Assembly: GCA_003427395.1 (NCBI GenBank)
Contig: BFEA01000010.1
Span: forward strand, 4,275,057-4,338,718
Direction of reading: 5' to 3'
Length of the DNA stretch: 63,662 nt
DNA from: Chara braunii
Lineage: Eukaryota > Plantae > Charophyceae
Part shown: positions 38,890-50,535 of the stretch, in pieces
How positions within the stretch are numbered: position 1 is the stretch's first letter
Layout of the letters: every line of letters begins with the position of its first letter
Program-made: the position numbers and the translations under genes
The notes under the pieces: model-generated
What the model saw: the letters and a program-made list of their open reading frames with translations, nothing else
Database searches by the model: none
What the model was told of the DNA's origin: nothing

Positions 38890-40119
38890 GTTCCTCTATT
38901 TCGTCCTTTGGTCCTCTCTCCTCTACCTCTCCCATAATCGAAGTCTAAACCTTTTTCTCTTCCCACTTGGCATGTAACTAACCTCTCCCCCTCACTTGTT
39001 ACATTGCCAGGGGATGAATGGTGAAAGGAAGTTGACCTCACTTGGTGGAAAAAGAGGGCACGGGAACGACTGTTGGTCCCTTGTGTCACCAAGAAGGAAA
39101 AGAGAGGGACTATTTGAGAGAGGTGACCGCAAAAACGCTGTGAAATCGGAAAGTGAACTAGTCTGGAGAGGACTAAAGGAAAAAATTGTGGATTGAAAGA
39201 GAGGTCACTTGACTCAACCAGAACCCCGACTGCATGACTAAAGAAAGAGGATGGATCGACTGGGCAGAAAAAAGAAAATGGAAGGTGGCCAAGCGCAAGG
39301 AAAGAAAAGTTAGGCATGTGGGAAGGGCTATGTGTTGGCCCGAATAGGGGATTGTATTGGTCCTTTGCATTTGCGTTTGACTGTGTAGGTGAGTAGCATT
39401 GGGATGTCTTGAGCGAGACTGGGCCGGGTAGGCCGAGCGACAAAAGAAATGGGAAAGGGCAAAAGGCGAAGGGGCCTTAGTGTAAACTCTACCTATGAAT
39501 GAGGCCTTTTTGTATGAGACTTCGAGTGTGTATTGAGGGGGAGTGGAGTTTTGAATGGTTGAAGTGTGAAGTAACCCTTTGCATGTAGATGGAGGCCCCA
39601 AAAAGACTAAGTGCATGTAGATGGAGGCCCCAAAAAGACTAAGGGGCAGGCAACAAAGCCATGAATGGAATATGTGGATCACGAAAATGCGTAGGGGCGA
39701 AGGGAGAAGACGGCACTGCCGCCCCCCGATGATGCAATATGACTGTTGTGTTAGGCAAATGGTGCTTGGCCTAAGGATGACGCTTATCTTTCGCATAAAG
39801 GAAAAAAAACTCTCAAAGAACCCCTGGACTGCTTGAGTATGGGAAGGAGCAATTGCCTGCGAACACAATCAAGAATCAGGAAAATTACGCTTGCGAAAAG
39901 ATCAGCGAGACTACCACCCGGTGTGAGGGTTGAGCTACATCCCCAATGGCAAAGCTCTCTCGCTCGGCGCCCCATCCCCATCCATCTCAAAGCACTAGGT
40001 GGGGGTGACCCCGTGACGAATGGCCCATGCCCTGAGCATGAGCGTGGGCGGGCCGAGCCAACTAGGACTTGCAGTGGGGTTGACACAGGCTCGAAAGTCT
40101 AACGGGGTTTGGCCCTACA
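38800..40119 (+). repeat. Distal end of an LTR, probably the true end of the giant element's 3' LTR (misplaced)
   Basis: Shares diagnostic stretches with 22620-23803 (e.g. gaacacaatcaagaatcaggaaaattacg) that 41200-42438 lacks. Ends GCCCTACA, followed by the U6 3' half. Confidence 0.8.
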
Positions 40120-40182
40120 ACGCATAAATCGAGAAATGGTTCAAATTAAATAAAATAAAATAAAAAAATATACTAATGGAAT
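40120..40182 (+). pseudogene. U6: U6 snRNA retrocopy, 3' part with A-rich tail and right TSD
   Basis: acgcataaatcgagaaatggttcaaatt, then an A-rich tail, then aatatactaatggaat (40167-40182). Confidence 0.92.
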
Positions 40183-40803
40183 GACAATCTCCGACGGAAA
40201 AAGTTAACCAGTTAAATGAACCCAAGAAGAAGGAAGCCAAGATAAAAGTCTTTGGAGCAGGGTGGCTGAGCAACCCAAACTCAAGGGCAATTGAAAGAAT
40301 AGAGGGAGACGTATCCAAGTCTAAATTATAAACTTCTGGAGGAATGCATTTGATTTTTGTGGATTGGTCTGATTGGGCAAAAATAAATGCTTCATTTCGT
40401 CTAAGAGCGGCATCTGAGTTTCCTGACCTCTTCTCTCCTGAGGATAATAGTTTGGTGGACCTGGCTTTGTATGGAAGAGGGTGACCAACTTTGTAACACA
40501 CAAATTGCCTTGCTAGAAATTCTTTTTCTATTTGACAGTCCTACAAAGGGATGAAGAGGCAGGGATTCTCTTTTCATTACAGGGCACTGACACTCAATCC
40601 CCAGATTTCATCAGGGCAATCAATGCTGCAATGGCTTAGCCTACATGAACTCTTGTTTGATGTACAAATGATATATGGGACGTTGGGCCCCATTCCCCAA
40701 ACAAGTTGCTCCCCATGAATAGATTGGAGCCTTCCAATTGCTTGTCATGCACCGTCAGGGGTTGCTCTGCATGGCTTTGAAAAAAAAAAAAAAAAAAAAA
40801 AAA
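40183..40803 (+). mobile_element. 3' end of the LINE (ORF2 end, 3' UTR, poly-A)
   Basis: The reading frame ILME*QSPTEK...SKSKL* continues across the TSD; ends in a ~24-nt poly-A at 40780-40803. Confidence 0.7.
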
Positions 40804-41137
40804 GATAGCTCCAACGCGCTAGTGGTTTGCGCTAACCTGCGCTACGGACCAGCCAGCGAGGCCCAGCCACACTCTGGAGACGGGGCCGGGAGTGGCTGGT
40901 GCCATAGCTGCCCCTGGTCAACCTGGTGTCCGTGTTGCATACCGTAACGTGCAGACCAGAACAAGAACCGACCTTTCAATACAAAGTACAAGATAACACA
41001 GCGGAAGACTTAGATACGAATGATCCGAACAATCAATGTTGTAATGCAGCCCTGAACACACATCATCATCATCGTTACATGGTGTGAATGGGTCTGGCGC
41101 TTCACACAGGAAGACTGCGCCAGCCCATACCATACAC

Positions 41138-41175
41138 CTGTCTCTTATACACATCTAGATGTGTATAAGAGACAG
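41138..41175. other. Nextera mate-pair junction adapter (assembly artefact)
   Basis: Exact CTGTCTCTTATACACATCT+AGATGTGTATAAGAGACAG. Confidence 0.97.
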
Positions 41176-42442
41176 CTCTCTCTCTCTCTCTCTCTCTCTC
41201 TTTCGCTCTCTTCCTTTTACTTCTCTCTCGCTCATTCTATTCCCCTATTGCGCTCTTTGATCCGCTATCCTCTACCTCTCCCATAATCTAAGTCTGAACC
41301 TGTTTCTCTCTTTCAACTTGGCATGCAACTTACCTCTCCCTCTCACTTGTTACATTGTCAGGGGACAAACGGTGAAAGAAAGTTGACCTCACTTGGTGGA
41401 GAAAGAGGGCAAGGGAAGGACTGCCGGTCCCTTGTGCCGCCAAGAAGGAAAGGAAGGGAACACTTGAAAACGATAAACGGAAAGCGCGATGAAATCGGAA
41501 GCAGGCTAGTGCAAAGAAGACTAGGGAAAGAGATTGTTGTTTACGAAGAACGGTAAGTCGACTCAACCAAAACCCGGACTGCGTGATTATGAGAACATGA
41601 TGGACTTGATGGGTGAAGAAAAAGGAACGGAACCAAGCTAGGGATAAAGAAAGAGAGCATATGCATGTGGGAAGGGCTATGTGTTGACCCCAAGTGGGGG
41701 ACTGTATTGGCTTTGCGCTTGTGTTTGATTGTGCAGGTGAGTAACTTGGGATGACTTAGGCGGGATTGGGTCAGGGATGTGCCAGCAAAGGGGGGAGAAA
41801 TGGATGAGCAAAAGGCTTTAAGGGCCTTAGTGTAAACTCTATCTATGACTGGGGCCTTCGGGTATGAAGCTTTGAACAAAGGATTGGGACGGGAGTGTAG
41901 TCTTGAGTGATTGAAGTGTGCAGTAACCCTTTTGTATGTGGATAGACGCCCGAAAATACTAAGGGCAGGCAATGAAATCATGAATGAAATACGTGGATAA
42001 AAAAAATATATGGGGGCAAAGGGGGAAGACGGCCTCGCCGTGCCCCGATGATGCCATAGAACTGTTGAGTTAGGGAAATGATGCGTGGCCTAAGGATGAC
42101 GCTTAGCCTACGTACAAAAGAAGAGGAACTCTCAAGGAGCCCCTGGATTGCTTGAGTATTGGAAGGAGCAATTGCTTGAGAAGACAACAAAAAACCAGAG
42201 AAACCGCGCTTGCGGAATAACCAGCGAGACTACCACCCGACGTAAGGGTTGAGCTACATCCCCAATTTCAAAGCTCTCTCGCTCAATGACCCACCCCCAT
42301 CCATCTCAAAGCACTAGGTGGGGGTCACCCCGTGACGAATGGTCCGCGCCCTGAGCATGAGCGTGGGCGGGCCGAGGTAACTGGGACCCGCAGTAGGGTC
42401 GACACAGGCTCGAAATTCTAACGGGGTTTGACCTTACAACGT

Positions 42443-45400
42443 TGGTTGGACATTTTGCGCGGATATGTCCGAGACTTAACCATGATATCATGCAAAAGAG
42501 GTGTTCCAGGACACTACGAGGGGAAATCATAGGCCCTCGAGGAGAGAAGGTAAATTACTCCCCGTGAGGGATGCGGTGAGCGATAATGGCGTTCAATAAC
42601 CTTGATGTCGCCACAGTAGAGGCGGAGCCGGTAGCAGAACTCGCTTGGGAATAGGCGTGAGCGCGTGGGCCACAGACTGACGTCATTCTAGAAAACGATG
42701 AGCGAGACAGGGTAAACGTGACCACAAGGCATCGAGCGACGAAAAGAAAGGTTGTACATGACGCAGTGATGGAAAACGTGGGAGATGGCCCGGGGATGCC
42801 ACAAGAGGCTGAGGCACAAGAGCAAGAGATGGTTTATGGGAAAGCTAGAGAAGAGGCCCCCGTAGATAAAGCAACTTCGGCCAAGAATAAATTTCTGTAT
42901 CAGATTCCTATCCTGACTATGCCTGAAATAGATGACACCCTTAGCAAGCTCCTAGGGACCATGGTGTCGGTCTCGTTCCAGACCGTGCTACAGGCAAGTC
43001 CCAGACTCCTAGAGGGCCTTAGACAACTGCTGACGAGGCGGATAGTAGATATAGAGGAGGGGCCGGAATAGCAGGAAGAGGAGAAGGAAGAGGAGGCACC
43101 GCGAGAAATCGCCAACCTCCAAAGGATTCCCGTGGACTTGGAAGACCTAGAGAAGACCTTCGCAAACATCCGGCTAAGCCTGCCACACCGCAAAGGTGGC
43201 GAAACTTATGAGAGCGCCACCCGGAACTAATCTTAGGTTCCATGCGTTGCCGGTGGGCAAGCTGAAAGTCCAGATCGGAAGCCACCACACTGATGTGTTG
43301 GTAGACGGAGGGGCAGAAAATACGATCATTTAGAGGGACTTTGCAAAAATTACGGGGTGTGCAGTGAATAAAGAAACAACCGAAAGCATTCGTGGGGCAA
43401 GAGGGAAAATTCCCTTCTCTGGGTATGTTACTAAGTATGCGGTCAAGGTCGGGGTTAGGGAGTCCATTTGGTCGTTCCAACGAATGACTGTCATGGACGA
43501 AATGGACCACAACATAATCCTTGGGAGACCTTGGTGTGCAAATGTGGAGATGATAGGAATGTACCTGCATGATGAGACATACATAGTAGACATAGAAGAC
43601 CCAATGACGGGACGTGGTGAGTTGCTCTGTCTCATCGGGACAGGGGGTGACACACCAAACAGAAAACTAGCAACATGGTCACCTTTATTCGAGGGAAGTG
43701 TCAGAAAATGGGCCTTCGCGCGAATGAAAGGAATGGGAGAAAGGGTAGAAATCATGATCGACGAAACATTCAGCAAGAAAGAATGAATCAAGATGGGATT
43801 GCCACAGAAAAAGCGAAAAAAGGAGGACGATGCCTTGGGTCTTATGGTAATAGAGAAAGAAACAGAGGTCAAATTGGGAGCCAGCTTGCCTAAACTGAAT
43901 GAGGCTCGAGATGACGAGTCCGGAATAACACTTGAAGTCCCCGACTTACTGCACCTCGTCAAAGTCATTAGGTACCATAAGGTAGGCGTGGACCCGGTTG
44001 CCCTTGCCAGGTTTGAGGGAGAGATTCGAAAAGGCTACTGCTTGAATGAAAAATTGATCAACGATGATTAATTTTTTATGAGAAAGATCCCGGAAGGAAG
44101 CGTTCGCAAGTACAAGCGAGTAGGACAGAAGGCCAAACCTGTCTCGGTCATGCTAGAACAAACAAAGAAAGAAACCATGGAAAGGGAGGAAGAAGTCCTC
44201 AAAGTAATCAAAGAAAGGAGGGCGACAGAGGAGCATCTAAAACCTAACAAAGTAGCAGAGACCATGAAGATAGGAGTAGAAGGATTTTTGACCGAGCAGG
44301 AAACTTACTTGATTAATGAAACTTGTCAAGATTTCATCTAGCTTTTGCCTTCAATGACCATCAGAAGGGGCGATTGGACGCAAAGCTGATACCCCCCGTC
44401 AGGATTCACACAGTTGAGCACGAATGTTGGAATGACAAAGGGTCAGCTTACGATTTCGGAGTAGCGGGCGAAGTAACAGAGTTACTTAGAGGAAAAATGA
44501 ATTCCTTTGTGGTGAAAGCCACTGCATCGTCATATGCAAACAGGTGGTTTGTATTACAAAAGCCTAACAAGACGCTTTGGTGGATTCAAGATCTGCAGAA
44601 GTTGAATGTTGTCACCATTCGGGACACAGGGTCGTTGCCTCAAGCAGACTTGTTGGCGGAATCCCACGCCGGGCGAAGCATTTACTCATTAGTAAATCTC
44701 TACTTCGAATACGATCATCTCCCGCTGGACGCCCGGGATAGACCCTACACGACCATGCACACTCCGGTAGGCCAGCTACAAATGCAAGTAACCTCTATGG
44801 GTTTTACCAATGTCGTGGCAGAAACGCAGAGGAGGATGCTCACAGTTGCTAGGGACATGTTCCCAGCAAAGTGTGAACCTTACAGATGATAACCCAATTA
44901 AGGGCGCCCGAGAAAAGGATGAGATGAAAGTTCAACCCCGAGTGCGAAAATTCGTATGGGACCACCTGTAGGACATCAAGGAGCTTCTCCGTAGGTTCTT
45001 GGTGTACAACATCACTGCCAGCAACCCCAAGAGTATCTTGGCACTTCCGGAAGTGACTATCTTAGGGTTTCGTTGCGGGACGTATGGGAGGAGGCCCGAT
45101 CCGGCCAAGATAGACAAAATTTCTCAATGGCCAACACCGCTGCGTACCACAACGGAAGTAAGGGCCTTCCTAGGGGTTGTAGGATTTTAGAGAATTTTCA
45201 TCAAAGGCTTAGCTAAGATAGAAGAGCCCATTCGGGCCATGATTCGCGAAGAGGGTACATTGAACTGGACAGAGGAACGAGAGGCCGCCGTTTAGACCCT
45301 CAAAGACATATTGACGTTCGAGCAGGTCACCCTTGCCGCTACATGGGTTTAACGATGAGGTAGGGCGTCCGTTTGTACTTGAAACCGATGGGGGACCACA

Positions 45401-47390
45401 AGTTGTGGGAGGAGTCCTGATCCAAAGAGGGGAAAATAAGAAAGAATGACCAATCAGATTCGAGAGTATGACGCTGAACTCAGCTGAGCGTCGCTACTCC
45501 CAATTTAAGAAGGAGGTACTGACCGTCCTACACTGCCTCAAGGCTTTCCAAGCTTACCTCTTCGGGAGGTGGTTCATCTTAAGGATTGATCCGACAAACG
45601 TCGAGGGCTCATTAAAGAACTATAAGCCCATAAACCCTAATGTGGGAAGATGGGTTGGGTTCATTTGGAAGTTCGATTACAAGATCGAATGCGTAACCGG
45701 TCTTAGGAATAGGGTCGATGGCTTGAGCAAGGTTTGCATTACACTAGAAGGAGTAGAGGACGAGGAACCCATCGACGCGTTCCTCGACTAAGAGGGAGGG
45801 ACCCTTGTGGTAGACAACGAGATGGTAGGGTCGGGCTCAACATCCGGGGAATTGTTGATCAAGGCGCTGGAAAAAGGGTCTCTCGCAGTAGTGGCAGAAC
45901 TCAATAAAGGAGCAGTTACAAGAACTGGTCGTAGGGAGAAGAAGAACTCATGGGGTGACATTGTGGGGCCTGAAGATGACTTGATGGCAATGACTGTAGA
46001 AGGAGGACGGGAGAGAGTTATGAGTTTGGCTGAGTAATGGGAACAGAAGCGGCAACAATACTTAGTAAATCAAGTACAAAATGGAAAGGAGGATCGCAAG
46101 GATCGAAAGGAATTCTTCCTTATTCGGATGTATGATAGGATCTTCAAGGAGATCGGCCTAGTGCTAGTAGGAAATACGGAGGCTGGGAAGGTCAACCTTA
46201 AGGCCAGAGAAGAGGTCGATAAGTATGTACTAAGAAATGAACATCTATTCAAGAAGGAGGAAGACCTAATGCCTTGAAGGGTCGTGTGCGGACGATCCAA
46301 ACAAGTAGATATAATTTAGGCAATGCACGATGGATTGGCAAAAGGACATCGCTCCTCAAAAGGAACGCTGGCAAAAATAGCGGCACTCTACGTCTAGCCG
46401 GGAATGGGGAGTATGGTTGCCACATATTGCCTGACCTGTTTGATCTGCCAAGAGCGGAGTATGGCCCGAGTTTTTGAACCGTTGAGACCCACGCGAGTGC
46501 TAGGACCATGACATCTGGTTCATCTCGATCTCGTGATCATGCCCGTTTCTAGGAGAGGATACCGATACATACTTGGCGCCGGAGATAATCTTAGTGGGTT
46601 TGTAGAGGCAGTAACTCTTAAGAAGAAAACCGGATTGGCAGTGGCAGACTGGATCGAGGACTTCTACCTAAGGCACCTATTCATCAGAAGATTCATAGCT
46701 GATAATGTGACAAAGTTCGTAAATCAAGACGTTTTGAGCACCTGCAAAAGACTTGGGGTGCCCATTAGGCAAATTGAGCCATACCACCCGGAGGCTAATG
46801 CGTCCATGGAGAGAGGGCATCGAACACTAAAGAACACAATTGCGAAGCTAGCGGTGGATGACCTTGGGAACTGGCCTAAGTACCTCAAGCATGTCGTTTT
46901 CGCAGAGAACGTAACTCCAAAGAGAACTACATGATGTATCACAGTCGAGTTGTGGTATGGAAGAGAAATTGACTCTCGAGTGGAAGCCCTAGTTCCAACT
47001 TGGAGTGGGCTAGATGATGACCCACTCTTGACAACGGAACAATTAATCGAGGCTAGATGTCAACAGATTGTTCAAAATGAGGAGGCAATGGAAGAAGTAG
47101 TGAGTCAGGTTCTGGATAGTAGAATGAAAGATAGGGGAGGTAGTATCAACTGAGGAACATCAGGAAAAAACTGCTACAGGTGGGGGAAATGGTCCTCGTC
47201 AGGAATTCGACACTAGAAAGTACTTTGTCAAGACAGCTGGGGAGGAGGTTCAAGGGCCCCTACCGGGTCGCCAAGAGGTTGGGAATGAACGCTTTTGAGT
47301 TGGAGGATCTGGATGACAAGGATGAAAGGACCGTTTCCAGGACAACGGCTGATCAAATTTCCAAGTCGGATTTCAAGAGGCTCAGGACAA
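42443..47390 (+). pseudogene. pol: gag C-terminus and pol (PR-RT-RH-IN) of the giant element, degenerate
   Basis: Protease VLVDGGAE (43304); RT IQDLQKLN, TSMGFTN and a frameshifted Y(I)DD (~44881); RNase H VLETDGG/ERRYSQFKKE; integrase H..H..CLIC, FIADN, ERGHRTLK; GPY module FKGPYRV. Confidence 0.92.
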
Positions 47391-48699
47391 GGAAACTGGG
47401 GAACAAGCGGGCTAAGGCGCCGACAGAGATCTTATATTTTGTCTTTCTTTGGGATGTTTTTTTTTACTGTGCTTATGAGGGCGGATTGCATGAGTTGAGT
47501 AACGCAGTTGGGATGCCTGGGGCATTGTACCATAGCTTTTGTGAAGGATGGACGATACTGGGATGGATGTCTGGGGCTTTGTACCATAGTTTTTGTGAGG
47601 GATGAATGATATTGGGATGAATGCATGAAACGTTGTACCGTAATTTTTGTAAAGGACGGATGGGATCGAAACGGAGAACATGGAATGGGGTGTCATATTG
47701 TACTGCATGAGGGGATTGGGGCAAGGGGCGCATCCTTGGAAACTGAGGGTAACACTTGACGCCATAAGGGAACGGGGTTTTGCTTTCTCTACTGCCTGGA
47801 CGGGGCTCCGCTTTGGGAATATGGACTGGGGCTTCCATTTATCTTGTGATGACATGCACCAGGGTTGTCACGCGGGGATCCCCNNNNNNNNNNNNNNNNN
47901 NNNNNNNNNNNNNNNNNNNNNNNNNNNNNNNNNNNNNNNNNNNNNNNNNNNNNNNNNNNNNNNNNNNNNNNNNNNNNNNNNNNNNNNNNNNNNNNNNNNN
48001 NNNNNNNNNNNNNNNNNNNNNNNNNNNNNNNNNNNNNNNNNNNNNNNNNNNNNNNNNNNNNNNNNNNNNNNNNNNNNNNNNNNNNNNNNNNNNNNNNNNN
48101 NNNNNNNNNNNNNNNNNNNNNNNNNNNNNNNNNNNNNNNNNNNNNNNNNNNNNNNNNNNNNNNNNNNNNNNNNNNNNNNNNNNNNNNNNNNNNNNNNNNN
48201 NNNNNNNNNNNNNNNNNNNNNNNNNNNNNNNNNNNNNNNNNNNNNNNNNNNNNNNNNNNNNNNNNNNNNNNNNNNNNNNNNNNNNNNNNNNNNNNNNNNN
48301 NNNNNNNNNNNNNNNNNNNNNNNNNNNNNNNNNNNNNNNNNNNNNNNNNNNNNNNNNNNNNNNNNNNNNNNNNNNNNNNNNNNNNNNNNNNNNNNNNNNN
48401 NNNNNNNNNNNNNNNNNNNNNNNNNNNNNNNNNNNNNNNNNNNNNNNNNNNNNNNNNNNNNNNNNNNNNNNNNNNNNNNNNNNNNNNNNNNNNNNNNNNN
48501 NNNNNNNNNNNNNNNNNNNNNNNNNNNNNNNNNNNNNNNNNNNNNNNNNNNNNNNNNNNNNNNNNNNNNNNNNNNNNNNNNNNNNNNNNNNNTTTTTTTT
48601 GGGGGGGGGGTCTGGAGCCGGGGTTGGGGGTGCCCACCCCCGGACCCCCGGAGCCCCGCCAGGGCCCCGGGGCCGGGGCTCGACAACCCTGACAGGCAC

Positions 48700-49660
48700 A
48701 TGGAAAATTCAAGAAGAGATGAAACCCCACAACGAGAACGACATCAATTGCGCTAATGTAGCCTTTGAAGATGAATGGCAAAGACCTGAGAGGCCACGAG
48801 ATAGACAAGGACCGGTACTGTTTATTGGACCACTGTCGAGACGGACACTAGGGAGGAGAAAGCGAAAACTTCTGGCCAACAAACCCTCGCCCCTTAAGGA
48901 AGGAGATAAATTGCACCCCTTGTCTGAGGAGGAAGGGGAAGAGCAAAGAGTAGAGGAGAAAAAAAAACGAAGAAAGGCAAAGTATACATGACAGTTGTGG
49001 GGGAAGGGATGAAGGAAGACAAAGTATGCAGAGCAGTTGTGAAAGAAAAGATAAAGAAAGAGAAAGTATGCAACACAATTGTGAGAGAAGGGAAAAAGAA
49101 AAAGAGAGGATGCATGACGAACGAAGCGAGCACGACACTTGTGAGAGAGGGTATACGAACTTTGAAGAGGGATACGAAAGAAGGACAAACATCCCCTACA
49201 ACTTGAACCCTGAAAACTTTACAGGCGAGTTCAGCCCTGTACAGGAAGAAGGGAATGAGAGTGAGGATGAGGTACATGAGGTCATTGCAATTAGTAGTGG
49301 CAATGAAACGGATGAGATCTCAAGACCCAGAGAAGAAGGACAACCTTCAACAAGTGGGCCGAAGGAAGGAACCTCCAAGTGGGAGGAAAAATTTGGACCA
49401 ACACTCAGTGATTGGTTTGATCAATGGATCAGTGTAATCAAGCATGATTGGATCATTAAGGCCAGGAGATTGATAAGGGCCGGGAAGTTGGTTACACCCA
49501 TGGACTTTTACAATGAGGAGGAAATGCAAGAGATTGCGAGGAAAAAATAAGAAATTTGGCCTCCGACCTGGGAGCCAAAGGACCAATGGAAAGTGATGAC
49601 GAGCGAACGCCCAAGCGGCAAAGGGATAATGGCAATAAGAGAAATTAGGCATAATGGGCA
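48700..49660 (+). pseudogene. Possible extra ORF downstream of pol (charged, unknown)
   Basis: Overlapping + ORFs (48700-48991, 49026-49550) with a Trp-containing block WEEKFGPTLSDWFDQW; no recognisable domain. Confidence 0.35.
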
Positions 49661-50353
49661 TTGTGACAAATTTTGTATTTCACAATTTGATGTGGTAAAG
49701 CTTGGCTAGTATGAATAAGACTATTGGGGATAAGCAAGACAAAGACGAGTCAGAATTTAGCTTAAATGAGCAAGAAAACAGTTTTTGAGTTTCTTTTCGA
49801 TGTGCTACCTTAAAAAGGATTCTGTGTGAGAATCATTGACAAGGGACATGGGTATGAGACTAGTTGGGATGGTTGAATTACGAACTTTGGACAAGACAAA
49901 AATTATATTTTGGATGGAGACTATGAAAATGGATTGATTGAGCAAAGCAAAGCAAAGCATTGAGTGTCAGTTGAGTACAAGAGAGGTTAGGGAACTTATG
50001 GGTAGAGCGACATGAGGATGTCTTCCCGTAAGAGTCAAATCCAACCCAGTCAAAGTCGTGTCGCAAGGCACAAAGTGACGAAAGTGAGCAAGAGTGAAAA
50101 GGACAAAAGGACCCCGCGTTCTGATCTATGGTTGAATGGCCGGACGGGCTAGCACTGCCTGAGGTTGAAAGCCTCCGCTTGAGTGCTAGACGCTAAGTCG
50201 GGTGTATGCATGACGTCATTGAAATCAACAACTTTATTGAGAAAATGATGAAAGATACCGCACGCAGAAAACTGTATAGATGACCACTTTCTAACCCCCC
50301 CTAGTAAAAGATGGGATCCGTGTCCTCAAGGCCCACCCCCTCGGACGCTAGCA

Positions 50354-50535
50354 TTGAGAATGGAAAAGAATGACCCTAACCAGACCATTCGACTTGAGAA
50401 TGGAAAAGAATGACCCATACCACACTGTTTGACTTGAGAATGGAAAAGAATGACCCTAACCAGGCTATTCGACTTGAGAATGAAAAATAATGACCCTAAC
50501 CAGGTTGTTCGACTTGAAATAGCAAAATGACCCCT
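50354..50535. repeat. ~40-bp tandem repeat (4-5 copies)
   Basis: ttgagaatggaaaagaatgaccctaaccaggctattcgac repeated. Confidence 0.85.

Larger units (their letters stand above)
30694..42438 (+). mobile_element. Solo LTR of a sister subfamily (~9.4 kb: 30694-38799 plus 41176-42438) inserted in gag
   Basis: TGTCAGG start, CCTTACA end, flanked by acgt at 30690-30693 and 42439-42442. No PPT before it, and the gag frame resumes directly after it. Confidence 0.8.

Noticed and set aside
39580-39643. 32-bp tandem duplication
   Set aside because: Real, but a trivial local slippage or repair event absent from the other LTR tails.
12542-40119. A 27.6-kb element with 30694-40119 as its 3' LTR
   Set aside because: There is no PPT before 30694, and 30694 pairs by TSD and by the restored zinc knuckle with 42438. 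pol and the PPT lie further right, and the satellite type differs from the 5' LTR.
40804-41137. Possible RNA gene or exon after the LINE poly-A
   Set aside because: No tRNA/snRNA motif or credible ORF was recognised; the stretch is short and abuts the adapter.
41138-41175. Tn5/IS50 transposon ends or horizontal transfer
   Set aside because: Back-to-back synthetic mosaic ends are exactly the Nextera mate-pair junction adapter.
47680-48991. Long ORFs of 275-403 aa
   Set aside because: They are made mostly of the N gap; the adjacent GC/homopolymer stretch 48593-48690 looks like low-quality contig-edge sequence.
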